Positions 48,648 through 61,277 of a stretch of DNA of 64,000 nt are shown in pieces; the stretch's first letter is position 1, and each line of letters opens with the position of its first letter. This DNA is from Paragordius varius. Taxonomy: Eukaryota > Animalia > Nematomorpha. Location of the stretch: positions 310,001-374,000 of the forward strand of contig OZ176055.1 of the NCBI GenBank assembly GCA_964247055.1. Reading direction: 5' to 3'. Under the pieces are notes generated by a model. That model did not search any database and was not told the DNA's origin. It saw only the letters and a program-made list of their open reading frames with translations. A program made the position numbers and the translations under genes.

Positions 48648-50256
48648 TATAGATACGGGTAAAAATATATTATGGCGATTATTTAACATAGATATAATCC
48701 TAACCATGGACTATAAGCTCGCTTGGTTAAAATCTTAGCCTTTATAATTTATTACTCAGGGTAAAGCTTTACACAAAGATTATTTGTTAAAAAAAATTAT
48801 TGAATAATTACCGGAAATTTTCGAAATAATTCGAAAATCGCCCCAAAGCCAAGTAATATTTTATATAGTGTCGTTTATAGAAAGTCCAGGATCCTAGCCC
48901 TTAGTTTTTGTTTTTATGCACGGAACAGTGTTTAAGGGTATCAAAGTATAATGTTTATATATAAATATTATAAAAATATCAGGATCATCCTGGTGCTTTG
49001 GTCTTGGGCCTTAAATTTAAGAAATTTGCATGTTCTAATTGGTCGAATCTCGAAAAATCGAATTAGTGCATAAAATACAAGATGTTTGGGAAAGATGCTT
49101 CGTTCATTGGAAAGTAATTATTGAAATATTGATGGCTCTAAAAGTCTAAAAATTTAAAAACTCAACATGGGATTTCTCTTCAAATAAAGCTAAAGAACGG
49201 GAATCGCGCGGTAACAATTTTCGTTATATGCTGGATTATGACATCAAATATTTTTTGAAAAAATGCATAATTTTTAAAATTAAATTTTAAGCACAATTTT
49301 GAATTAAACGATACTTTGAAGTATGAGACACGTAAGAGATTATATAAATACTCTTTTTATTGATGATGCTAAAAAATCTTACCACTTCCTTGTCTATTTT
49401 GCGTTTTTTTAAGAAGACCTAATTATGAAAGTTTCGGGAACACAAATCCGAATTAATAAATAAAAAGTCTAGTTAAACTTTTTTGATACAATTCAATAAC
49501 ATTTTTTTGGAAGGCAGCATATATCAAAAAATTTAGCATATTGTGCGCTATTCATATGGAGCAATTAGTACCAAAATCTCAACGTTTTTCTTAAATCATT
49601 GGTAAGGCCGAAAATCAAAAGCATCATTAATCTAATTATATCATCAGGATATTTTTTATGTGCAATTGGGAGGAATAGCTAAAAAACATTTGATTTTATG
49701 TAGTTACTTAACTTGGACAAAGAATTATTTTAAGTCGAAGGTTGAGACCTACTCTTAGGTTCATATTAAAAGCACTTATTTGCCTTTATATGGGAATACA
49801 CAAAACCATCCTTGTTTCATCTCTGATTAAGGCATTCAAAATCAAAATATGCAATTACACCTAAAACGTGATTTTAAAATACTTTTCAAAACAATTATAT
49901 TATTTATACAATTTAATATGCCAATTATCGAGCTAATGGTGGCCGCTGTTTGCCTGTTAATAAATATCAGTTGCAGATTTTTTTTGATTCTAAATGCCAA
50001 AAAATAATGTCGATATGGTTCACAAATTCTTATGTTATTATCACAGGGTATAATTAATCAATGGGGATTGTAAGCTTTAGTTAAATTTAAAATCATATTT
50101 ATACCGAATTGTGTGAAAAAACTACCATCCAAATTAGGCATTTATTTCTCTAGTATGAATTGAGCCGAGATCCCCTGTATTTTGTTCATACTTACCCCTT
50201 AAGGAGTTAAATCTAGAAAATCGTGTAGAAGCATATATATAAATGTATAAAATTTA

Positions 50257-50531
50257 AAGTAAAAATAGAAATGCGGACAAAAAGTAAAAAAGTCAATTTT
50301 TTTGTCTAAAAGACAACCATACTTTTAAAAGCTTGATTTTTTAAAAAAATCATTGTTTTAAACTCCAAAGTACAAAATAAAATTTAAATTGTTTAAACAA
50401 TCAATCATGTATTTAACGATTGTATTTAAATAACTTTTATAGGATAAATTGAGGTTTAAAAAAGAATGGCTGTCTTTTGAAATTTTTTTATATATTTTTG
50501 CGTTTTGTCCATATAATTTCAATTTTTACTC
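50257..50531. mobile_element. MITE family A copy
   Basis: AAGTAAAAATAGAAATGCGGACAAAAAG ... CGTTTTGTCCATATAATTTCAATTTTTACT. Confidence 0.75.
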
Positions 50532-51550
50532 TAAGTTTCACCCTAAAGGTGACAAAAAATATTTTAACACATTGCCATTCCCAAAAAAAGTTTTGTTAGT
50601 CAAAAAAGCGAAAGGAAATGGTTAATTTTCCAATTTTTTTTACCATGTACCATTAATCATTATATTTAGGCCAAAAAATAGGTTTGAATATAATTTTCTT
50701 ATTATTGGTTAGAACAGGAGTTTTCAACACGCTGCCCTCGGATCTATTATGTGCGGCCCGAGGAAATATTGTGATTTTAAAAAAATATGCTCGCATCTTA
50801 GTGAAATTCGTATTTCTTGAACCAATTTTTTAAATAAGTCTATATATGTGGCAACGAAAATTGAAAAAAATTTCTTTTATTGTGTTTGCATTTTACAGTT
50901 TTAAAAGTTTTGAAATCTAATAAAACATTTATTAATGGCCATTTTTTTCGATTGCGACCCGTCGGTTTTTTGGGTCAAAATTCGACACGCTAAGCCATTT
51001 GTGTTAGAGCGCCCTCTAATTAAATAACTTTACATTTTTTAAAAATCCGAATATTAATACCAAAATCCTTTTCTGTTCTGTAAAATTTTTTGGTTTAACA
51101 TATATATATATAGATCGTTTCCCTATTACTATAATAATTTTGGTTTGTGTGAAAATTAAATAAAATATATATAAAATGCATTATCCTTTACAAATATCAT
51201 ACAAATGTTTCCATTTATACAAACAACTATTTCATTATTTTTAATGATTTATCCACAAAATTAGCCCTACAGATCCGCGCCTATACTACACTGCCTGTAT
51301 TTATCCGTAAACTCTCCCTTTAAAAATACTAAAAGCCTACATCAACCACATATAAAAACTTTATTTTGTAAAAAAAATAATCATTTATAATTTATTGAAT
51401 TGAAGCAAAATAAATTAAATAAACACTATTTATATATTTAGTGTTTAAATATCACTCATGTATTTACTATTTGTAGAGCAATGTGTAAATAAGTATATGG
51501 ATAATATTTATATATCAACCCTAAAACAGAGCGTTTTGTTGAAAAATATA

Positions 51551-51840
51551 CAGTAAAAATTGACAAATTATACGAACAAAACGTAAAAATATAAAGACAA
51601 ATATTTTTTCTAAAAGACAACCCATACTTTTTAAAATTTGTTTTTTTTAATATAACTCATTATTTTAAACTGCAAAGTATAAAAATGATATTTATATTGG
51701 TAAAACAATCAATTATGTTTTTTACGATTGTACTTTTAAAATTTGAATAAGAAAAATTAAGGTTTAAAAAAGTATGGTGGTTTAAAAAAATTTTGTCTAT
51801 ATATTTTTACGTTTTGTCCATATAATTTCAATTTTTACTG
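51551..51840. mobile_element. MITE family A, cleanest copy (290 bp, ~80-bp TIRs, TA TSD)
   Basis: TA-CAGTAAAAATTGACAAATTATACGAACAAAACG ... CGTTTTGTCCATATAATTTCAATTTTTACTG-TA. CAGT termini plus a TA TSD indicate the Tc1/mariner superfamily. At least 12 copies in the window. Confidence 0.9.
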
Positions 51841-51863
51841 TAAAAAACATATAAAAAGAAATT

Positions 51864-54563
51864 CTAGTTATTGGAATGGTTAATGAGTTGTAAAATGTAT
51901 AAAAATAAATTTATAATATCGAGGTATAGGGTCAAAGCTCCAAAAATATATTCTTCGGGGCTAATGCTATATTTTTTGCCTCCCATCAACATTTGCGTGT
52001 CAAATACAATGTACTATATTAATAAAATAAAAAATTAAAGATAAAAACGTAAAAAATACAGGAAAAATATGGTTTTTCTTTATAAAGAAACCCATATTTT
52101 AAAAACCTTAATTTGATAAGTTTACTCGTTTTGTGTTGTAAAAAAATGTAAATTATAAACACACTCAATTACATTGAAATGCAAAAAGATGGAAAGAATA
52201 TTTTTTTTAAAAGATAATCATTTTTTTTTAATTTTCTAAAACATAACTCCTGGATAGGAATTGATAAGACACACTCACAATTAGATATTTTAAAACTGTA
52301 ATTATATAGTTTATTAGGTTGTAGGAAAATCTAGATCAAAAAGTATGGTTCCCTTTTTTAAAAAAAATTTTGGTTCTGTATGCAATTTCAATTTAAAAAA
52401 CATAACTAAAATTAAAGGAAAAATATTTTTTTAAAGAGACAACCATAACTCTAACCTCTTATTTTCTATATTTTAAAATCTACAACACGCACATTAATGA
52501 GAGAGATTGATATAAATCATCAAAGTTGAATAAAAATGATTGCCTTTGTAAAAAAAATTATTAACTTTTTATTTTATACGTTTCGGTTTTAATAACAATT
52601 TTTTACATATGTAAATGTATCAAATATTGTTGAATTTGGTTACAAATAATAAGTTAGTGGTTTAAGGTATTATATATTCTCCATACTAAACTCAAAGTAA
52701 AAATTACAGTAAAAATTGACAAATTAGGCGGACAGAATGCAAAAATATAAAGACAATCCATACCTTTTTGAATTTGAATTATTCTTACATAAATTATATG
52801 ACTATATTCGTAAATTGTTTTATTGAATATGTTACCAATATACATCTCTATTTTATATTATACAATTTTAAACAATGATTAAAATAAAAAAAAAATCGAG
52901 AATTAATAAGTATGATTGGTCGTCTTATGAAAAAAATATTTGTCCTTATATTTTTATGTTTAGTCCGTATAAATTTTACTGTATATATATATATATATTA
53001 AAATATTTTTGGATAAAACATACCGCAGAAAAAATCAAAGCTCCCAAACTTGAGTACACAATGCTAAGAATCTAAAAATTAATGATTATATATGGTTAGA
53101 AAAATAAAAAAGGAAAAAATGAACATTTTTCACATAAAATTTTATTTTAATTTAAAAAAATTCATTTAAAAAATTATAGATCTACCTATTTTTAAATATA
53201 CATTTTTATAATTATTTTACGGTTAAAAATTTGCAGAATTAACATGTGATTAATATGTTTCTTTAAGGCCAATTTTATGGCGTAATATATTAATTGTTAC
53301 TATTAAAAGAATATAAGATATTAAAAAAGATTAAAATCCGTTTTAAACATTATATTTGCATAAATATTAACCTATTTACATTAGCTAATTATTCTTTATT
53401 AATCTTTAATGTAAAATTGTCATTTATATCAATAATAATAATTGATTAAAAAACAGACTTTAAAAAAACCCTCTTTTAAAAGGGAAGGGGGGGTTAAAAC
53501 TTACCCTATTACGTATGAATATGCACAAAATGCCAAAAATCATAAGGATTATAAGTGCGACAAACATAAACATGTGACATCCGGTAAGATCCCACTAAAA
53601 ATAAATGCAAAAAGTACATTCAAAACTCAAATTATACAAAAATATAAAGACAAATATTTTTTGTATTCAAAAGACAACACCAAACTTTTTTAAATTCCCT
53701 TAATTTATCCTATAAAAATAGTTAAATTACTATCGTAAAATGCAAAATAAATTGTGTTACCAATATACATTTCTATATAATACTTTGTAATTCAAAACAA
53801 TGAGATATAAAAAAAATTAAGATAAGTATGGTTGTCTTTTAGAAAAGAATATTTGTCTATACTTTAACAATTTGTCCGTATAATTCCAATTTTTACTGTG
53901 AACTTTATCAATAAATAATTTTTAAAATATAAAAATATTAAGTGTGTTTTAGTATTTAAAATATTTTTAATATATGATTATTAGTAATCAAACCTTACAT
54001 TTTTATATTAAATAAAAAAATTTCGTTTTAGTATGCTTTATAAAATTAAATTTTGGTGGCCTTTACACTAAAATTGTATATTTTTTTATAAAAAAAACAA
54101 TAATGCAAAAGTTTGTGGTATTTAGATTATAGAAATCATTTTGCAAAAAAAAGATGGAAATTTTGCTTAATTATTTTTTTGAATAATGCGTTTAAAAGGT
54201 CATATTATACTTAATAATCTAAGAAAAATATTACAAAAAGTTTAAATTTTTTCAAAAAAGCCGTACAAATACATTTTAATATTATAAAAACTACACTAGG
54301 TAAAAAGTAATAAAATGTTAAATTTAAAAAAGCCTACTTTGGTTTGGAAAGCAAAAGCAGTCAGCGCAAAAACTACAATCTATAAAAGATCAGTTTTAAA
54401 ATGAAAAAAACTGTTGTGATTCCAATCGCAAGCAAAACTTCGTCTTTTTTGTAAAACCTAAATAAAAAAAGTTAACAATGAATATGAAATGATACCAAGA
54501 CAAAAAGTACTATTAAAAGACAAAAATTGAAAAAAGACCAAGCTATAACTATAGTCCTGAAAT

Positions 54564-54596
<33 letters not shown>

Positions 54597-55133
54597 TTTA
54601 CATTATAATTTATAATTTTTAAATCCGAAAAAATTAGGTAAAAAAACCAAGGATTAATAATACAGATTTTTTGAAAAAAATATTTGTCTTTTAGTTTTAA
54701 ATTTCATATGTATTTCATTTTCCCTGTAAATAAAAATGAATTATACGAAGAAATCGATCCAAGAAGCCATCCTTCAACCAGTGTAAAAATACTTAACATA
54801 ATTATATTTAAGGGCCATTTTCTGCGAACACCTTCGCAACACACCAGGACCAAAAGTATAACAATTGACGCAACTCTAAAATTTAGTTATAATGTGATTG
54901 ATTCATACATTGCAGCAATGTATATACCAGGATTTTCACGCGTAACCTTTTGTAAATGAGGAACGTAAAGGAACATAGATATTAGTATACAGGTTACAGC
55001 CAACTGGATAAGCAAAATTCCGTAAACCTTGCGTATAAAGCCTAAAGTTAATTTAATAAAATAATTAAAAACCTCTCCGTATAGTTTTGTCGCTAAAAAG
55101 CATATTGGGTTCATCATCGGGTATATTATACAT
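51864..55133 (-). CDS. TMBIM/Lifeguard (Bax inhibitor-1 superfamily, LFG/GRINA-like) membrane protein, 8 exons, 232 aa
   Basis: Exons 55133-55073, 55041-54909, 54875-54747, 54457-54412, 54379-54338, 53594-53505, 53071-53024, 52013-51864 (699 nt, all GT-AG). Motifs FSDKTIRRGFIRKVYGILLIQL, CCEGVRRKWPLN, EVLLAIGIT, FAFQTKWDLT, YSSLGALIFS, DTQMLMGG, SPEEYIFGALTLYLDIINLFL. An upstream exon is possible (NAGNAG acceptor at 55135-55139). Confidence 0.93.
52707..52981. mobile_element. MITE family A copy in TMBIM intron 7
   Basis: TA-CAGTAAAAATTGACAAATTAGGCGGACAGAATG ... AAATTTTACTG-TA, 42 nt from the donor at 53023. Confidence 0.8.
53617..53898. mobile_element. MITE family A copy in TMBIM intron 5
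   Basis: Right TIR TTTGTCCGTATAATTCCAATTTTTACTG; the degenerate left TIR lies about 21 nt from the acceptor at 53595. Confidence 0.75.
54567..54593. repeat. (GT)n microsatellite in TMBIM intron 3
   Basis: About 13 uninterrupted GT units. Confidence 0.95.
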
Positions 55134-58100
55134 TCTGCTGTAAATTTAGAGTGAAAAAGTGAGCAAATGTTTATTAGTTTATTACATCCAATTTTACAAA
55201 AATGTTTGGTTTTATGAAAATTTTTAAGGTTATTCTTTAAAATATAAATACACATTATTTATTTAATGGTTTAAAACATTTAGATATAAAGCTCCATTTA
55301 GTTTAAATATAATTGTTATGCAATATTAGAGTATGTGAATTTCTTCTTTATACACGACAGGTAACTTTTTCGCTAGTAATTTCCTTATAAATAGTTTGTT
55401 TTAACCAGTTAAATCTTTTATCATCAATTTAGTTTTGAGAGCGTTACCTAAAATTTACCTATTTTAAATTTATACATTGTGAGCAATAAGGTAGCATATT
55501 CTATTGCACCATGTATAACCCATACCTTGAACCGTATTATAATAGTATTATACTGTAACTCTGACAGCAAATTATATAGGTATTTTTATAGTTGATTAAA
55601 CACATAAAGTTTTTTGCATTTTTGTGGTGAGTTGTCCATATCAGAAAAAGGCGAAAAAAATTACCAAACTTTTCCGCTCTTGTAAAATAGGCTGATTCTC
55701 CTAAAATAAACGCAAGCCGATTAATACAAATTTTTAATTTGCAATGTTATGATATCAACTAAATACATTTTTTTAAAAAAATGCATACTTTCATCAAAAA
55801 TTTAATTTTTCGCAAAATTTTGTTGAAGTGCACTTCATTTATTTGACGCCTAATGGTAACGGTATAAAAGTGCTTTGACTATATATATCTGCAAATGTGT
55901 CAATCATCTAATAATTTTTTTATTATTATAGAGTACACGGCTTTTGGGACAAGACAAATATGTTTTGCGGCCCTATCAATTTTTTTGGCCATTACTACTA
56001 TCTTAAACCAAAATGCCAGTTAGTATTCGAGGAAAAAATGGGTAATGGAGGATCAAAGAGGAAAGGAAAAATCAAAGTTAAAGGGTAGTGAGTTGAATTT
56101 AACACTGCAATCGATATTGAAAATAAATTTTAAATGTCTTAAAAAATCTTTGGATCATGGATGATCTACCATTAATACTCAATCTACACGGCGTTGATTT
56201 ATTTGTTAAAAGTATATATTATTCAAATATCTGCACTGTCAAACAGTTTTTTAACGGCCTTTAGCCCTTTATATCTTTTGTTTGTACCACAGATCTATAT
56301 TCCTAATGAATTAAATATTATTATATTGTGTTTGTTTCTAACATTTTTTTGTTTCATATAAAAGATTTGTGACATCTATATTATATAGTATTGCTATTTT
56401 TAGTTCTACTTTTTTAGAGCGGCCAATCTGTCTTTTTGAGTCAAAATGAGGCCTGAAGCCGTTTGTGTAGGAGAACCCTGTTATAAAATGATAGATTTAC
56501 TTGGCATCATCAAATTGTATCGAAAAATTGTTTTAATAATATCTTAAAACGTTTTTATACCGTTTCCACCATGCTTAAAATAGTTTTATAAAGGCTTCAA
56601 TAAAATCATCAAACGACAGGCAAATAAATCTATATTATGATTAAAGTAAATAATTATCTTTGGAAAGTTTTAGAGTAACCTATGAGTAAGGTATTTATTT
56701 ATAGATTTTATAATTAGCTCTTTGTTATGATATGTTTTGGGCTTTTTGATTTCGGGACTATAGTTAATATAAATTATAACTTTTCTTTATCTACAAAAGA
56801 AGAGGATTTGATAATTAAATTTTATTTAAAGCATCATAGAATATCCCAAAATATCAGCAGGTAACTGAAAATGTTATGAAGATTTTTGAGGAAACTATCA
56901 ATTTTTTGGGAAATTGTTGTCCAAATTAACATTAAAAATAATCGCAAAAAAACTCGGCATTTTTGCATTCATTTTAAGGGAACTAGCCCAATGCAAAAAA
57001 ATGGGACTTTTGGGGGCCATATCTTTTAAAAATATTGTTTTGCTATTTATATGTCGATTATTTTTTGGTAATATTTTTTAGATGAAGTACTTTCACCAAA
57101 ATTTTTAACAAGATGTGCGCAAATTTTGCCATTTTCTGGTATGAATCAGTTAAAACAAAAGTTTAAATAACTTTCCTAATTACTCGTATGGGTCAAAACA
57201 AGCGCCATAATCCGAATACATTTTCCTATCAGAATATAAATATTTGATCAAGATATTTTTATGTGGGTATTGTGTAATATAAGGGTTGATCTCATATTAT
57301 TAATATTATAAATAGTATAACACAAAACTGGCCAAATTTTATCAGTTTAAACCCTCGCTTTAACATATTTGCAAAATTTAATGAATTATTAATTAGATGC
57401 AAAATTAATGATTGCAATTAAAGATCATTTTATATATATATATAATTTTAAGGTTCGAAAATCTGACAATTATATTTATTTAAAAACTCTGAATTTAAAA
57501 AAGCCCATTTCGTCACACCCGTATGGACAGCTAAAATACTTTTTGTTATCATCCTTTTTAAGACGGATATTGTGCCTTACATTTATTAAAACTTTACTCT
57601 ATTTCGTAATTTTGTAATTGTGTTTATTTTTCCCCCCAGTAGAAAAGCTTCATCATAATAAACGAAAAAAAACAAGTTTAACAAAAATAATGAATGTTGC
57701 TTGATTTTAAAAAATAGTTTTATTAAGATATTAAATATTATAGCGACAAATATCTAAAAGTTGATACAACCAGAAGTTCGATGCAAAAAAATATCCTGTT
57801 GTTACATTTACGGTTATAACTGGGACTTATTATAGAAAGGATGTTAAAAAAATTGCCAAACTCTTAAATAAACTTTATTTGTAAAAATTTGGTATAAGAC
57901 TTTTATTTTTATTAATCTTTCCTATATCTTGATAATTATAATTAAACATCCTTTAAAGACATTTTGATATAGCTAGCTACTTATGCCACAGCGCCTTACA
58001 ATTTTCCCCGCCGAATTCACAAGTTAACCCAAGAAAAAATGAACATCTAAGCAAGATATACTAATCTAAGGCCTTTAAAGTTGTTTTGAAATCTTCATCG

Positions 58101-58590
58101 CACATAGATATGGTAGTTCCACTCAGAAAATTTGTATACACCTTAGGAGAACATTTAGCCAAAGTAGGAAGCGTATTTTGTGTTCTAATGAAAAAGAATT
58201 TATTAATTTAAAAATTTAGAATTCAGAAATTACATTTGTAGCGTATAAGAGAAAAAAATCTATAAGAAATATATGTATGGAACCAGAAGGTTATATTATG
58301 AGCTAGCGAGGAAATTAGTTTTCAATGTGGTATATATGTCTAAAATATCTTATGACCCAAAAGTTGAAATGTAAAAAAATCTACAGATATCATTATTATT
58401 CTGGTTCAATGATACAAAACCCTATATAATTCAACAAATTGGAGTAAAATATGGAACGCATTTGATGGATCATTTACTTGAGCGAATATAAGTCGACTCT
58501 ACGACTTCTTCATATACCTTTAAATATAGGGTTTTTATATTTCTTCATCAAAACACATAATTTAAAAAATGAAAATAATCTGTTATATTA

Positions 58591-60927
58591 CAAAGTGTGC
58601 AACAAATTTACTCAAGATATCATACCTAGCTTAATATAACCCTTGTGACGTATACATCTCAAAAATATAAGGATAAAAAAAATTGTCAATGTAGAAAATT
58701 TTTTTTTCACTTTTTCCATATATGGATATATTCGGAAAAAATCAATTTATTTGCATAATACTTGATCAAAAATTATAAAACTTATATATAATATAAATAA
58801 TATTAAATAAATATTATTTGCAAATTTTGGCTCAATACGAATGGATAGATTTAAAATAAACGTCAATTTATTAAATCCAACTAAATTTAGCCCTTTATAT
58901 TAGTAACATAAAAAATACTTGATGAAAATCAATATAATATGCGCCAAAATTTAAGTTTAACTTTATATGTTAATATAAATATTACTTATATATAATAAAA
59001 ATTAGGTTTTAACTAAGTTAAAAATTTTTGAAATTTTTTATTTTACTAAAATAAAATTAAATTTTTTTAATATCAACTGTAATATAATCATGTCTGGTGA
59101 TTGTAAATATAACCATATGGATTTTTTTACCTGGATTTTTGAATTGTAGATGATATTGACTGTTGCTTTACCCTGATATGATGGTATATTTTATAATAAT
59201 TATAGATAAATATATTTGGAATATAGATATAACATTGAAAAACCAATGTAATCCATTGTGAAAATCATATTTTAAAGACAAACTTGCTAATTACAAGCAA
59301 ACATCCACCAGAAAATTATATTTTGATACATTATGTTCATTGTGTAATAAATTAATATATTTAATTTTTTTAATATAAAATTGTTTACTTGGTTTTGAAC
59401 GAATGTGGGCAAGGTCGCCAAAAATAAAACTCCTCCAAAGATTTCCATTTTTAGTTTTAATGTTGAGTTCTGCCAAAGAATTGATTTCTCTTAGATCATG
59501 CGCTTCTTAAGCCATCGCAAACAACCTATCCTACTTCGGGTATATGAAATTCAACTCGTTGAAAAAGTTCTTGATATTGAGAAAGTCTTTTTTGCCAAAA
59601 TATTAATAACATGAAATACCCGATTAAAATAGTTGATAAAATGATTATCAACATTAAAAGATTTAAATATAAGAATTTGAAGAAATGGTATTCAACAAAA
59701 AAATTAAAAGGGCTGCAAAATCTTGTCTCATGAACCGTGCAACATAACTATAAAAACTTGCAGACATTTATATTAAAAATAAGTATGACATAAAATTTAA
59801 TTGATAATTCAAGGCCATGGTAAAACTGATGTATACTTCGTTAACACTTTCTTTTGCCATAAACCGTTTTTTAAAAAATCATTCAAGAAAAAACTGGCCT
59901 TATTTAGAAGATTTTTTTAAATTTTACATTTCTAAATGAACCTAAAATAATTATGTGCCTGAATACTGGCATAACTCAACATAACAAAAAATAGCAATCT
60001 ATGGAGGAGTTTTATTTAAATTAGAATGGGTAATTTAAGAGAAACCAATTCTTTGGCAGAACTCAACATTAAAACTAATAGAAATCTTTGGATGGACCTT
60101 GCCCACATTCGTTCAAAACCAAGTAAACAATTTTATATTAAAAAATTAAATATATTAATTTATTACACAATGAACATAATGTATCAAAATATAATTTTCT
60201 GGTGGATGTTTGCTTGTGATTAGCAAGTTTGTCTTTAAAATATGATTTTCACAATGGATTACATTGGTTTTTCAATGTTATATCTAAATTCCAAATATAT
60301 TTATCTATAATTATTATAAAATATACCATCATATCAGGGTAAAGCAACAGTCAATATCATCTACAATTCAAAAATCCAGGTAAAAAAATCCATATGGTTA
60401 TATTTACAATCACCAGACATGATTATATTACAGTTGATATTAAAAAAATTTAATTTTTTAGTAAAATAAAAAATTTCAAAAATTTTTAACTTAGTTAAAA
60501 CCTAATTTTTATTATATATAAGTAATATTTATATTAACATATAAAGTTAAACTTAAATTTTGGCGCATATTATATTGATTTTCATCAAGTATTTTTTATG
60601 TTACTAATATAAAGGGCTAAATTTAGTTGGATTTAATAAATTGACGTTTATTTTAAATCTATCCATTCATATTGAGCCAAAATTTGCAAATAATATTTAT
60701 TTAATATTATTTATATTATATATAAGTTTTATAATTTTTGATCAAGTATTATGCAAATAAATTGATTTTTTCCGAATATATCCATATATGGAAAAAGTGA
60801 AAAAAAAAATTTCTACACTGACAATTTTTTTTATCCTTATATTTTTTGGATGTCTATGTCACAACGGTCATATTAAGCTTAATATAATATCCTGAGAAAA
60901 TAAATACCCCCAATTTTGCACACTGTG
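58591..60927. repeat. 2.3-kb long inverted repeat / foldback element: ~900-bp arms (58591-59493 and 60036-60927) with a 542-bp spacer
   Basis: The arms are reverse complements and near-identical over most of their length by eye. Termini CAAAGTGTGCAA / CACAGTGTGCAA, flanked by TTA on both sides. No transposase ORF in the spacer. Confidence 0.9.
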
Positions 60928-61277
60928 TTAGTAAGCGTGTATATTAAATATCTTTTAAATGAAATATGAAATGCGTTCAATCAAGTTTTGTGGATTAAAA
61001 AGGCTTTTTAAAATAACATACCTTTAACTTAATTTTAGATGCTACGTAATTTATTTTATGTAATTAACAATATTTATATTGTAACAATAAAGATTACTAA
61101 TATATTAAATAAATATATTTTTATATAATAATATACAATAATATAGATTAGATAAAATAATGGAATTATGTTATCATGTTGAGAATCATAAATGCTTTAT
61201 TAAGTTGCATTTATATTCGCTCCTCGTTCCACACATCATATATATATATATAGCTCAATGAAATCTCACACAAAAAT

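Noticed and set aside
59810-59920. Spacer peptide VYFVNTFF reminiscent of Ulp1 proteases carried by Mutator elements
   Set aside because: Too short, no catalytic motifs, no 9-bp TSD; compatible with chance in AT-rich DNA.
59291-60223. Mirror-image ORFs 59291-59476 and 60026-60223
   Set aside because: They are a by-product of the inverted repeat arms and have no recognisable domain.
60915-60932. CACAGTG terminus suggesting a Transib/RSS-like element
   Set aside because: The left end is CAAAGTG, no matching 5-bp target duplication (TATTA vs TTAGT), and no nonamer or transposase remnant is evident. Superfamily left unassigned.
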